NCBI GenBank assembly: GCA_964016885.1
Contig: OZ024749.1
Location: 19,468,001-19,532,000, forward strand
Direction of reading: 5' to 3'
Origin: Eledone cirrhosa
Taxonomy: Eukaryota
DNA length: 64,000 nt
The notes under the pieces are model-generated. The model saw only the letters and a program-made list of their open reading frames with translations, made no database searches and was not told the origin of the DNA. The position numbers were made by a program, and so were the translations under genes. Below are positions 1 to 15,345 of the stretch, piece by piece (position 1 is the first letter of the stretch; every line of letters starts with the position of its first letter).

Positions 1-3000
1 CACTATCTAAACACTGTTAATGACTGTATTTACACTATCTATACACTGTTAATGACTGTATTTACACTATCTATACACTGTTAATGACTGTATTTACACT
101 ATCTATACACCGTTAATGACTGTATTTATGCTATCTATACACTGTTAATGACTGTATTAACATTATCTATACACTGTTAATGACTGTATTTACACTATCT
201 ATACACTGTTAATGACTGTATTTACACTATCTATACACTGTTAATGACTGTATTTACACTATCTATACATTGTTAATGACTGTATTTACACTATCTATAC
301 ACTGTTAATGACTGTATTTACACTATCTATACACTGTTAATGACTGTATTTACACTATCTATACACTGTTAATGACTGTATTTACACTATCTATACACTG
401 TTTATGACTGTATTTACACTATCTATACACTGTTAATGACTGTATTTACACTATCTATACACTGTTAATGACTGTATTTACACTATCTATACACCGTTAA
501 TGACTGTATTTAAACTATCTATACACTGTTAATGACTGTATTAACATTATCTATACACTGTTAATGACTATTTACACTATCTATACACCGTTAATGACTG
601 TATTTACACTATCTATACACCGTTAATGACTGTATTTACACTATCTATACACTGTTAATGACTGTATTTACACTATCTATACACCGTTAATGACTGTATT
701 TACACTATCTATACACTGTTAATGACTGTATTTACACTATCTATACACTGTTAATAACTGTATTTACATTATCGATACACTGTTAATGACTCTATTTACA
801 CTATCTATACACCGTTAATGACTGTATTTACATTATCTATACACTGTTAATAACTGTATTTACACTATCTATACACTGTTAATAACTGTATTTACACTAT
901 CTATACACTGTTAATAACTGCATTTACACTATCTATTCATTGTTAATGACTGTATTTACACTATCTATACACTGTTAATAACTGTATTTACACTATCTAT
1001 GCACTGTTAATGACTGTATTTACACTATCTATACACTGTTAATAACTGTATTTACACTATCTATACACTGTTAATAACTGTATTTACACTATCTATACAC
1101 TGTTAATAACTGTATTTACACTATCTATACACTGTTAATGACTGTATTTACACTATCTATACATTGTTAATGACTGTATTTACACTATCTATACATTGTT
1201 AATGACTGTATTTACACTATCTATACATTGTTAATGACTGTATTTACACTATCTATGCACTGTTAATGACTGGATTTACACTATCTATACACTGTTAATG
1301 ACTGTATTTACACTATCTATACATTGTTAATGACTGTATTTACACTATCTATACACTGTTAATCACTGTATTTACACTATCTATACACTGTTAATGACTG
1401 TATTTACACTATCTATACACTGTTAATCACTCTATTTACACTATCTATACACTGTTAATGACTGTATTTACACTATCTATACATTGTTAATGACTGTATT
1501 TACACTATCTATACATTGTTAATGACTGTATTTACACTATCTATACACTGTTAATGACTGTATTTACACTATCTATACACTGTTAATGACTGTATTTACA
1601 CTATCTATACATTGTTAATAACTGTATTTACACTATCTATACACTGTTAATAACTGTATTTACACTATCTATACATTGTTAATGACTGTATTTACACTAT
1701 CTATACACTGTTAATGACTGTATTTACACTATCTATACACCGTTAATGACTGTATTTACATTATCTATACACTGTTAATGACTCTATTTACACTATCTAT
1801 ACACTGTTAATAACTGTATTTACACTATCTATACACTGTTAATAACTGTATTTACACTATCTATACACTGTTAATGACTGTATTTACACTATCTATACAC
1901 TGTTAATGACTGTATTTACACTATCTATACACCGTTAATGACTGTATTTACATTATCGATACACTGTTAATGACTCTATTTACACTATCTATACACCGTT
2001 AATGACTGTATTTACATTATCTATACACTGTTAATGACTGTATTTACACTATCTATACACTGTTAATGACTGTATTTACACTATCTATACACCGTTAATG
2101 ACTGTATTTACACTATCTATACACTGTTACTGACTGTATTTACACTATCTATACACTGTTAATAACTGTATTTACACTATCTATACGCTGTTATTGACTG
2201 TATTTACACTATCTATACACTGTTAATAACTGTATTTACACTATCCATACACTGTTAATAACTGTATTTACACTATCTATACACTGTTAATAACTGTATT
2301 TACACTATCTATACATTGTTAATGACTGTATTTACACTATCTATACACTGTTATTGACTGTATTTACACTATCTATACACTGTTAATAACTGTATTTACA
2401 CTATCTATACATTGTTAATAACTGTATTTACACTATCTATACACTGTTAATGACTGTATTTACACTATCTATACACTGTTAATGACTGTATTTACACTAT
2501 CTATACACTGTTAATAACTGTATTTACACTATCTATACATTGTTAATAACTGTATTTACACTATCTATACATTGTTAATGACTGTATTTACACTATCTAT
2601 ACACTGTTAATGACTGTATTTACACTATCTATACACTGTTAATAACTGTATTTACACTATCTATACACTGTTAATGACTGTATTTACACTATCTATACAC
2701 TGTTAATGACTGTATTTACACTATCTATACACCGTTAATGACTGTATTTACATTATCTATACACTGTTAATGACTGTATTTACACTATCTATACACTGTT
2801 AATGACTGTATTTACACTATCTATACACTGTTAATAACTGTATTTACACTGTTAATAACTGTATTTACACTATCTATACACTGTTAATGACTGTATTTAC
2901 ACTATCTATACATTGTTAATGACTGTATTTACACTATCTATACATTGTTAATGACTGTATTTACACTATCTATACATTGTTAATGACTGTATTTACACTA

Positions 3001-6000
3001 TACACTGTTAATGACTGTATTTACACTATCTATACATTGTTAATGACTGTATTTACACTATCTATACACTGTTAATGACTGCATTTACACTATCTATACA
3101 CTGTTAATGACTGTATTTACACTATCTAAACACTGTTAATGACTGTATTTACACTATCTATACACTGTTAATGACTGTATTTACACTATCTATACACTGT
3201 TAATGACTGTATTTACACTATCTATACACCGTTAATGACTGTATTTATGCTATCTATACACTGTTAATGACTGTATTAACATTATCTATACACTGTTAAT
3301 GACTGTATTTACACTATCTATACACTGTTAATGACTGTATTTACACTATCTATACACTGTTAATGACTGTATTTACACTATCTATACATTGTTAATGACT
3401 GTATTTACACTATCTATACACTGTTAATGACTGTATTTACACTATCTATACACTGTTAATGACTGTATTTACACTATCTATACACTGTTAATGACTGTAT
3501 TTACACTATCTATACACTGTTTATGACTGTATTTACACTATCTATACACTGTTAATGACTGTATTTACACTATCTATACACTGTTAATGACTGTATTTAC
3601 ACTATCTATACACCGTTAATGACTGTATTTACACTATCTATACACTGTTAATGACTGTATTAACATTATCTATACACTGTTAATGACTATTTACACTATC
3701 TATACACCGTTAATGACTGTATTTACACTATCTATACACCGTTAATGACTGTATTTACACTATCTATACACTGTTAATGACTGTATTTACACTATCTATA
3801 CACCGTTAATGACTGTATTTACACTATCTATACACTGTTAATGACTGTATTTACACTATCTATACACTGTTAATAACTGTATTTACACTATCTATACACT
3901 GTTAATAACTGTATTTACACTATCTATACACTGTTAATAACTGTATTTACACTATCTATACACTGTTAATAACTGTATTTACACTATCTATACATTGTTA
4001 ATGACTGTATTTACACTATCTATACACTGTTAATAACTGTATTTACACTATCTATACACTGTTAATAACTGTATTTACACTATCTATACACTGTTAATAA
4101 CTGTATTTACACTATCTATACACTGTTAATGACTGTATTTACACTATCTATACATTGTTAATGACTGTATTTACACTATCTATACATTGTTAATGACTGT
4201 ATTTACACTATCTATACATTGTTAATGACTGTATTTACACTATCTATGCACTGTTAATGACTGGATTTACACTATCTATACACTGTTAATGACTGTATTT
4301 ACACTATCTATACATTGTTAATGACTGTATTTACACTATCTATACACTGTTAATCACTGTATTTACACTATCTATACACTGTTAATGACTGTATTTACAC
4401 TATCTATACATTGTTAATGACTGTATTTACACTATCTATACACTGTTAATGACTGTATTTACACTATCTATACACTGTTAATGACTGTATTTACACTATC
4501 TATACATTGTTAATGACTGTATTTACACTATCTATACACTGTTAATGACTGTATTTACACTATCTATACACTGTTAATGACTGTATTTACACTATCTATA
4601 CACCGTTAATGACTGTATTTACATTATCTATACACTGTTAATGACTCTATTTACACTATCTATACACCGTTAATGACTGTATTTACATTATCTATACACT
4701 GTTAATGACTGTATTTACACTATCTATACACTGTTAATGACTGTATTTACACTATCTATACACCGTTAATGACTGTATTTACACTATCTATACACTGTTA
4801 CTGACTGTATTTACACTATCTATACACTGTTAATAACTGTATTTACACTATCTATACACTGTTATTGACTGTATTTACACTATCTATACACTGTTAATAA
4901 CTGTATTTACACTATCCATACACTGTTAATAACTGTATTTACACTATCTATACACTGTTAATAACTGTATTTACACTATCTATACATTGTTAATAACTGT
5001 ATTTACACTATCTATACACTGTTAATGACTGTATTTACACTATCTATACACTGTTAATGACTGTATTTACACTATCTATACACTGTTAATAACTGTATTT
5101 ACACTATCTATACATTGTTAATAACTGTATTTACACTATCTATACATTGTTAATGACTGTATTTACACTATCTATACACTGTTAATGACTGTATTTACAC
5201 TATCTATACACTGTTAATAACTGTATTTACACTATCTATACACTGTTAATGACTGTATTTACACTATCTATACACTGTTAATGACTGTATTTACACTATC
5301 TATACACCGTTAATGACTATTTACATTATCTATACACTGTTAATGACTGTATTTACACTATCTATACACTGTTAATGACTGTATTTACACTATCTATACA
5401 CTGTTAATAACTGTATTTACACTGTTAATAACTGTATTTACACTATCTATACACTGTTAATGACTGTATTTACACTATCTATACATTGTTAATGACTGTA
5501 TTTACACTATCTATACATTGTTAATGACTGTATTTACACTATCTATACATTGTTAATGACTGTATTTACACTATCTATACACTGTTAATGACTGTATTTA
5601 CACTATCTATACATTGTTAATGACTGTATTTACACTATCTATACATTGTTAATGACTGTATTTACACTATCTATACACTGTTAATGACTGCATTTACACT
5701 ATCTATACACTGTTAATGACTGTATTTACACTATCTATACACTGTTAATGACTGTATTTACACTATCTATACACTGTTAATGACTGTATTTACACTATCT
5801 ATACACTGTTAATGACTGTATTTACACTATCTATACACCGTTAATGACTGTATTTATGCTATCTATACACTGTTAATGACTGTATTAACATTATCTATAC
5901 ACTGTTAATGACTGTATTTACACTATCTATACACTGTTAATGACTGTATTTACACTATCTATACACTGTTAATGACTGTATTTACACTATCTATACATTG

Positions 6001-6450
6001 TTAATGACTGTATTTACACTATCTATACACTGTTAATGACTGTATTTACACTATCTATACACTGTTAATGACTGTATTTACACTATCTATACACTGTTAA
6101 TGACTGTATTTACACTATCTATACACTGTTTATGACTGTATTTACACTATCTATACACTGTTAATGACTGTATTTACACTATCTATACACCGTTAATGAC
6201 TGTATTTACACTATCTATACACTGTTAATGACTGTATTAACATTATCTATACACTGTTAATGACTATTTACACTATCTATACACCGTTAATGACTGTATT
6301 TACACTATCTATACACCGTTAATGACTGTATTTACACTATCTATACACTGTTAATGACTGTATTTACACTATCTATACACCGTTAATGACTGTATTTACA
6401 CTATCTATACACTGTTAATGACTGTATTTACACTATCTATACACTGTTAA
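1..6450. repeat. Degenerate higher-order repeat: related blocks at 3119-bp and 2609-bp spacing
   Basis: Marker TTTATGCT (G at 130, 3249, 5858) is followed each time by ATTAACATT, GTTTATGAC and a GACTATTT 2-bp deletion. 3119 = 98x32-17 (deletions 2+11+4) and 2609 = 82x32-15 (2+2+11). Confidence 0.85.
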
Positions 6451-6709
6451 TGACTGTACTTACACTATCTATACACTGTTAATGACTGTATTTACACTAT
6501 CTATACACTGTTAATGACTGTATTTACACTATCTATACACTGTTAATGACTGTATTTACACTATCTATACACTGTTAATAACTGTATTTACACTATCTAT
6601 ACATTGTTAATGACTGTATTTACACTAACTATACACTGTTAATGACTGTTTTTACACTATCTATACACTGTAAATAACTGTATTTACATTATCTATACCT
6701 TATTAATAA

Positions 6710-9700
6710 CTGTATTTACACTATCTATACACTGTTAATAACTGTATTTACACTATCTATACACTGTTAATAACTGTATTTACACTATCTATACACTTAA
6801 TGACTGTATTAACATTATCTATACACTGTTAATGACTGTATTTACACTATCTATACATTGTTAATGACTGTATTTACACTATCTATACACTGTTAATGAC
6901 TGTATTTACACTATCTATACACTGTTAATAACTGTATTTACACTATCTATACACTGTTAATGACTGTATTTACACTATCTATACACTGTTAATGACTGTA
7001 TTTACACTATCTATACACTGTTAATGACTGTATTTACGCTATCTATACATTGTTAATGACTGTATTTACACTATCTATACACTGTTAATGACTGTATTTA
7101 CACTATCTATACACTGTTAATAACTGTATTTACACTATCTATACACTGTTAATGACTGTATTTACACTATCTATACACTGTTTATAACTGTATTTACACT
7201 ATCTATACACTGTTAATAACTGTATTTACACTATCTATACACTGTTAATAACTGTATTTACACTATCTATACATTGTTAATGACTGTATTTACATTATTT
7301 ATACACTGTTAATGACTGTATTTACACTATCTATACACTGTTAAGACTGTATTTACACTATCTATACACCGTTAATGACTGTATTTACACTATCTATACA
7401 CTGTTAATAACTGTATTTACACTATCTATACACTGTTAATGACTGTATTTACACTATCTATACACCGTTAATGACTGTATTTACACTATCTATACACTGT
7501 TAATAACTGTATTTACACTATCTATACACCGTTAATGACTGTATTTACATTATCTATACACTGTTAATGACTGTATTTACACTATCTATACACCGTTAAT
7601 GACTGTATTTACATTATCTATACACTGTTAATGACTGTATTTACACTATCTATACACTGTTAATGACTGTATTTACACTATCTATACACCGTTAATGACT
7701 GTATTTACACTATCTATACACTGTTAATCACTGTATTTACACTATCTATACACTGTTAATGACTGTATTTACACTATCTATGCACTGTTAATGACTGGAT
7801 TTACACTATCTATACACTGTTAATGACTGTATTTACACTATCTATACACCGTTAATGACTGTATTTACACTATCTATACACTGTTAATCACTGTATTTAC
7901 ACTATCTATACACTGTTAATGACTGTATTTACACTATCTATACACTGTTAATAACTGTATTTACACTATCTATACACTGTTAATGACTGTATTTACACTA
8001 TCTATACACTGTTAATGACTGTATTTACACTATCTATACACTGTTAATGACTGTATTTACACTATCTATTCATTGTTAATGACTGTATTTACACTATCTA
8101 TACACTGTTAATGACTGTATTTACACTATCTATACACTGTTAATAACTGTATTTACACTATCTATACACTGTTAATGACTGTATTTACACTATCTATACA
8201 CTGTTTATAACTGTATTTACACTATCTATACACTGTTAATAACTGTATTTACACTATCTATACACTGTTAATAACTGTATTTACACTATCTATACATTGT
8301 TAATGACTGTATTTACACTATCTATACACTGTTAATAACTGTATTTACACTATCTATACACTGTTAATGACTGTATTTACACTATCTATACACTGTTAAT
8401 AACTGTATTTACACTATCTATACACTGTTAATAACTGTATTTACACTATCTATACACTTAATGACTGTATTAACATTATCTATACACTGTTAATGACTGT
8501 ATTTACACTATCTATACATTGTTAATGACTGTATTTACACTATCTATACACTGTTAATGACTGTATTTACACTATCTATACACTGTTAATAACTGTATTT
8601 ACACTATCTATACACTGTTAATGACTGTATTTACACTATCTATACACTGTTAATGACTGTATTTACACTATCTATACACTGTTAATGACTGTATTTACGC
8701 TATCTATACATTGTTAATGACTGTATTTACACTATCTATACACTGTTAATGACTGTATTTACACTATCTATACACTGTTAATAACTGTATTTACACTATC
8801 TATACACTGTTAATGACTGTATTTACACTATCTATACACTGTTTATAACTGTATTTACACTATCTATACACTGTTAATAACTGTATTTACACTATCTATA
8901 CACTGTTAATAACTGTATTTACACTATCTATACATTGTTAATGACTGTATTTACATTATTTATACACTGTTAATGACTGTATTTACACTATCTATACACT
9001 GTTAAGACTGTATTTACACTATCTATACACCGTTAATGACTGTATTTACACTATCTATACACTGTTAATAACTGTATTTACACTATCTATACACTGTTAA
9101 TGACTGTATTTACACTATCTATACACCGTTAATGACTGTATTTACACTATCTATACACTGTTAATAACTGTATTTACACTATCTATACACCGTTAATGAC
9201 TGTATTTACATTATCTATACACTGTTAATGACTGTATTTACACTATCTATACACCGTTAATGACTGTATTTACATTATCTATACACTGTTAATGACTGTA
9301 TTTACACTATCTATACACTGTTAATGACTGTATTTACACTATCTATACACCGTTAATGACTGTATTTACACTATCTATACACTGTTAATCACTGTATTTA
9401 CACTATCTATACACTGTTAATGACTGTATTTACACTATCTATGCACTGTTAATGACTGGATTTACACTATCTATACACTGTTAATGACTGTATTTACACT
9501 ATCTATACACCGTTAATGACTGTATTTACACTATCTATACACTGTTAATCACTGTATTTACACTATCTATACACTGTTAATGACTGTATTTACACTATCT
9601 ATACACTGTTAATAACTGTATTTACACTATCTATACACTGTTAATGACTGTATTTACACTATCTATACACTGTTAATGACTGTATTTACACTATCTATAC

Positions 9701-10115
9701 ACTGTTAATGACTGTATTTACACTATCTATTCATTGTTAATGACTGTATTTACACTATCTATACACTGTTAATGACTGTATTTACACTATCTATACACTG
9801 TTAATAACTGTATTTACACTATCTATACACTGTTAATGACTGTATTTACACTATCTATACACTGTTTATAACTGTATTTACACTATCTATACACTGTTAA
9901 TAACTGTATTTACACTATCTATACACTGTTAATAACTGTATTTACACTATCTATACATTGTTAATGACTGTATTTACACTATCTATACACTGTTAATAAC
10001 TGTATTTACACTATCTATACACTGTTAATGACTGTATTTACACTATCTATACACTGTTAATAACTGTATTTACACTATCTATACACTGTTAATAACTGTA
10101 TTTACACTATCTATA
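6710..10115. repeat. Tandem duplication of a 1661-bp (52-monomer) unit
   Basis: Markers at constant offset 1661: CACTTAATG 6797/8458, CATTATTT 7291/8952, TTAAGAC 7345/9006, CTATTCATT 8071/9732. 52x32-3 = 1661. Confidence 0.92.
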
Positions 10116-13100
10116 CACTGTTAATAACTGTATTTACACTATCTATACACTGTTAATAACTGTATTTACACTATCTATACACTGTTAATAACTGTATTTA
10201 CACTATCTATACACTGTTAATAACTGTATTTACACTATCTATACATTGTTAATGACTGTATTTACACTATCTATACACTGTTAATAACTGTATTTACACT
10301 ATCTATACACTGTTAATGACTGTATTTACACTATCTATACACTGTTAATAACTGTATTTACACTATCTATACACTGTTAATAACTGTATTTACACTATCT
10401 ATACACTGTTAATAACTGTATTTACACTATCTATACACTGTTAATGACTGTATTTACACTATCTATACACTGTTAATAACGGTATTTACACTATCTATAC
10501 ACTGTTAATAACTGTATTTACTCTATCTATACACTGTTAATAACTGTATTTACACTATCTATACACTGTTAATAACTGTATTTACACTATCTATACATTG
10601 TTAATGACTGTATTTACACTATTTATACACTGTTAATAACTGTATTTACACTATCTATACACTGTTAATGACTGTATTTACACTATCTATACACTGTTAA
10701 TAACTGTATTTACACTATCTATACACTGTTAATAACTGTATTTACACTATCTATACACTGTTAATAACTGTATTTACACTATCGATACATTGTTAATGAC
10801 TGTATTTACACTATCTATACACTGTTAATGACTGTATTTACACTATCTATACACTGTTAATAACTGTATTTACACTATCTATACATTGTTAATAACTGTA
10901 TTTACACTATCTATACACTGTTAATGACTGTATTTACACTATCTATACACTGTTAATGACTGTATTTACACTATCTATACACTGTTAATAACTGTATTTA
11001 CACTATCTATACATTGTTAATATCTGTATTTACACTATCTATACATTGTTAATGACTATTTACACTATCTATACACTGTTAATGACTGTAGTTACACTAT
11101 CTATACACTGTAAATAACTGTATTTACACTATCTATACATTGTTAATAACTGTATTTACACTATCTATACACTGTTAATGACTGTATTTACACTATCTAT
11201 GCACTGTTAATGACTGGATTTACACTATCTATACACTGTTAATGACAGTATTTACACTATCTATACATTGTTAATGACTGTATTTACACTATCTATACAC
11301 TGTTAATCACTGTATTTACACTATCTATACACTGTTAATGACTGTATTTACACTATCTATACACTGTTAATCACTGTATTTACACTATCTATACACTGTT
11401 AATGACTGTATTTACACTATCTATACATTGTTAATGACTGTATTTACACTATCTATACATTGTTAATGACTGTATTTACACTATCTATACACTGTTAATG
11501 ACTGTATTTACACTATCTATACACTGTTAATGACTGTATTTACACTATCAAATACACTGTTAATGACTGTATTTACATTATCTATACACTGTTAATGACT
11601 GTATTTACACTATCTATACACTGTTAATGACTGTATTTACACTATCTATACATTGTTAATGACTGTATTTACACTATCTATACACTGTTAATGACTGTAT
11701 TTACACTATCTATACACTGTTAATGACTGTATTTACACTATCTATACATTGTTAATGACGGTATTTACACTATCTATACACTGTTAATGACTGTATTTAC
11801 ACTATCTATACACTGTTAATGACTGTATTTACGCTATCTATACAATGTTAATGACTGTATTTACACTATCTATACACTGTTAATGACTGTATTTACACTA
11901 TCTATACACTGTTAATAACTGTATTTACACTATCTATACACTGTTAATAACTGTATTTACACTATCTATACACTGTTAATGACTGTATTTACACTATCTA
12001 TACACTGTTAATGACTGTATTTACACTATCTATACACCGTCAATGACTGTATTTACATTATCTATACACTGATAATGACTCTATTTACACTATCTATACA
12101 CCGTTAATGACTGTATTTACATTATCTATACACTGTTAATGACTGTATTTACACTATCTATACACTGTTAATGACTGTATTTACACTATCTATACACCGT
12201 TAATGACTGTATTTACACTATCTATACACTGTTAATGACTGTATTTACACTATCTATACACTGTTAAGAACTGTATTTACACTATCTATACACTGTTATT
12301 GACTGTATTTACACTATCTATACACTGTTAATAACTGTATTTACACTATCTATACACTGTTAATAACTGTATTTACACTATCTATACACTGTTAATAACT
12401 GTATTTACACTATCTATACATTGTTAATGACTGTATTTACACTATCTATACACTGTTATTGACTGTATTTACACTATCTATACACTGTTAATGACTGTAT
12501 TTACACTATCTATACACTGTTAATAACTGTATTTACACTATCTATACACTGTTAATGACTGTATTTACACTATCTATACACTGTTAATGACTGTATTTAC
12601 ACTATCTATTCATTGTTAATGACTGTATTTACACTATCTATACACTGTTAATGACTGTATTTACACTATCTATACACTGTTAATAACTGTATTTACACTA
12701 TCTATACACTGTTAATGACTGTATTTACACTATCTATACACTGTTTATAACTGTATTTACACTATCTATACACTGTTAATAACTGTATTTACACTATCTA
12801 TACACTGTTAATAACTGTATTTACACTATCTATACATTGTTAATGACTGTATTTACACTATCTATACACTGTTAATAACTGTATTTACACTATCTATACA
12901 CTGTTAATGACTGTATTTACACTATCTATACACTGTTAATAACTGTATTTACACTATCTATACACTGTTAATAACTGTATTTACACTATCTATACACTGT
13001 TAATAACTGTATTTACACTATCTATACACTGTTAATAACTGTATTTACACTATCTATACACTGTTAATAACTGTATTTACACTATCTATACACTGTTAAT

Positions 13101-15345
13101 AACTGTATTTACACTATCTATACATTGTTAATGACTGTATTTACACTATCTATACACTGTTAATAACTGTATTTACACTATCTATACACTGTTAATGACT
13201 GTATTTACTCTATCTATACACTGTTAATAACTGTATTTACACTATCTATACACTGTTAATAACTGTATTTACACTATCTATACACTGTTAATAACTGTAT
13301 TTACACTATCTATACACTGTTAATGACTGTATTTACACTATCTATACACTGTTAATAACGGTATTTACACTATCTATACACTGTTAATAACTGTATTTAC
13401 TCTATCTATACACTGTTAATAACTGTATTTACACTATCTATACACTGTTAATAACTGTATTTACACTATCTATACATTGTTAATGACTGTATTTACACTA
13501 TCTATACACTGTTAATAACTGTATTTACACTATCTATACACTGTTAATGACTGTATTTACACTATCTATACACTGTTAATAACTGTATTTACACTATCTA
13601 TACACTGTTAATAACTGTATTTACACTATCTATACACTGTTAATAACTGTATTTACACTATCTATACATTGTTAATGACTGTATTTACACTATCTATACA
13701 CTGTTAATGACTGTATTTACACTATCTATACACTGTTAATAACTGTATTTACACTATCTATACATTGTTAATAACTGTATTTACACTATCTATACACTGT
13801 TAATGACTGTATTTACACTATCTATACACTGTTAATGACTGTATTTACACTATCTATACACTGTTAATAACTGTATTTACACTATCTATACATTGTTAAT
13901 AACTGTATTTACACTATCTATACATTGTTAATGACTATTTACACTATCTATACACTGTTAATGACTGTAGTTACACTATCTATACACTGTAAATAACTGT
14001 ATTTACACTATCTATACATTGTTAATAACTGTATTTACACTATCTATACACTGTTAATGACTGTATTTACACTATCTATGCACTGTTAATGACTGGATTT
14101 ACACTATCTATACACTGTTAATGACAGTATTTACACTATCTATACATTGTTAATGACTGTATTTACACTATCTATACACTGTTAATCACTGTATTTACAC
14201 TATCTATACACTGTTAATGACTGTATTTACACTATCTATACACTGTTAATCACTGTATTTACACTATCTATACACTGTTAATGACTGTATTTACACTATC
14301 TATACATTGTTAATGACTGTATTTACACTATCTATACATTGTTAATGACTGTATTTACACTATCTATACACTGTTAATGACTGTATTTACACTATCTATA
14401 CACTGTTAATGACTGTATTTACACTATCTATACACTGTTAATGACTGTATTTACATTATCTATACACTGTTAATGACTGTATTTACACTATCTATACACT
14501 GTTAATGACTGTATTTACACTATCTATACATTGTTAATGACTGTATTTACACTATCTATACACTGTTAATGACTGTATTTACACTATCTATACACTGTTA
14601 ATGACTGTATTTACACTATCTATACATTGTTAATGACGGTATTTACACTATCTATACACTGTTAATGACTGTATTTACACTATCTATACACTGTTAATGA
14701 CTGTATTTACGCTATCTATACACTGTTAATGACTGTATTTACACTATCTATACACTGTTAATGACTGTATTTACACTATCTATACACTGTTAATAACTGT
14801 ATTTACACTATCTATACACTGTTAATAACTGTATTTACACTATCTATACACTGTTAATGACTGTATTTACACTATCTATACACTGTTAATGACTGTATTT
14901 ACACTATCTATACACCGTCAATGACTGTATTTACATTATCTATACACTGATAATGACTCTATTTACACTATCTATACACCGTTAATGACTGTATTTACAT
15001 TATCTATACACTGTTAATGACTGTATTTACACTATCTATACACTGTTAATGACTGTATTTACACTATCTATACACCGTTAATGGCTGTATTTACACTATC
15101 TATACACTGTTAATGACTGTATTTACACTATCTATACACTGTTAAGAACTGTATTTACACTATCTATACACTGTTATTGACTGTATTTACACTATCTATA
15201 CACTGTTAATAACTGTATTTACACTATCTATACACTGTTAATAACTGTATTTACACTATCTATACACTGTTAATAACTGTATTTACACTATCTATACATT
15301 GTTAATGACTGTATTTACACTATCTATACACTGTTATTGACTGTA
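9585..15345. repeat. Tandem duplication of a 2878/2879-bp (90-monomer) unit
   Basis: CTATTCATT 9732/12611 and ATAACGGTA 10481/13360 (offset 2879). GACGGTA 11760/14638 (offset 2878, after a 1-bp insertion at ~11550 private to copy 1). Confidence 0.9.
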
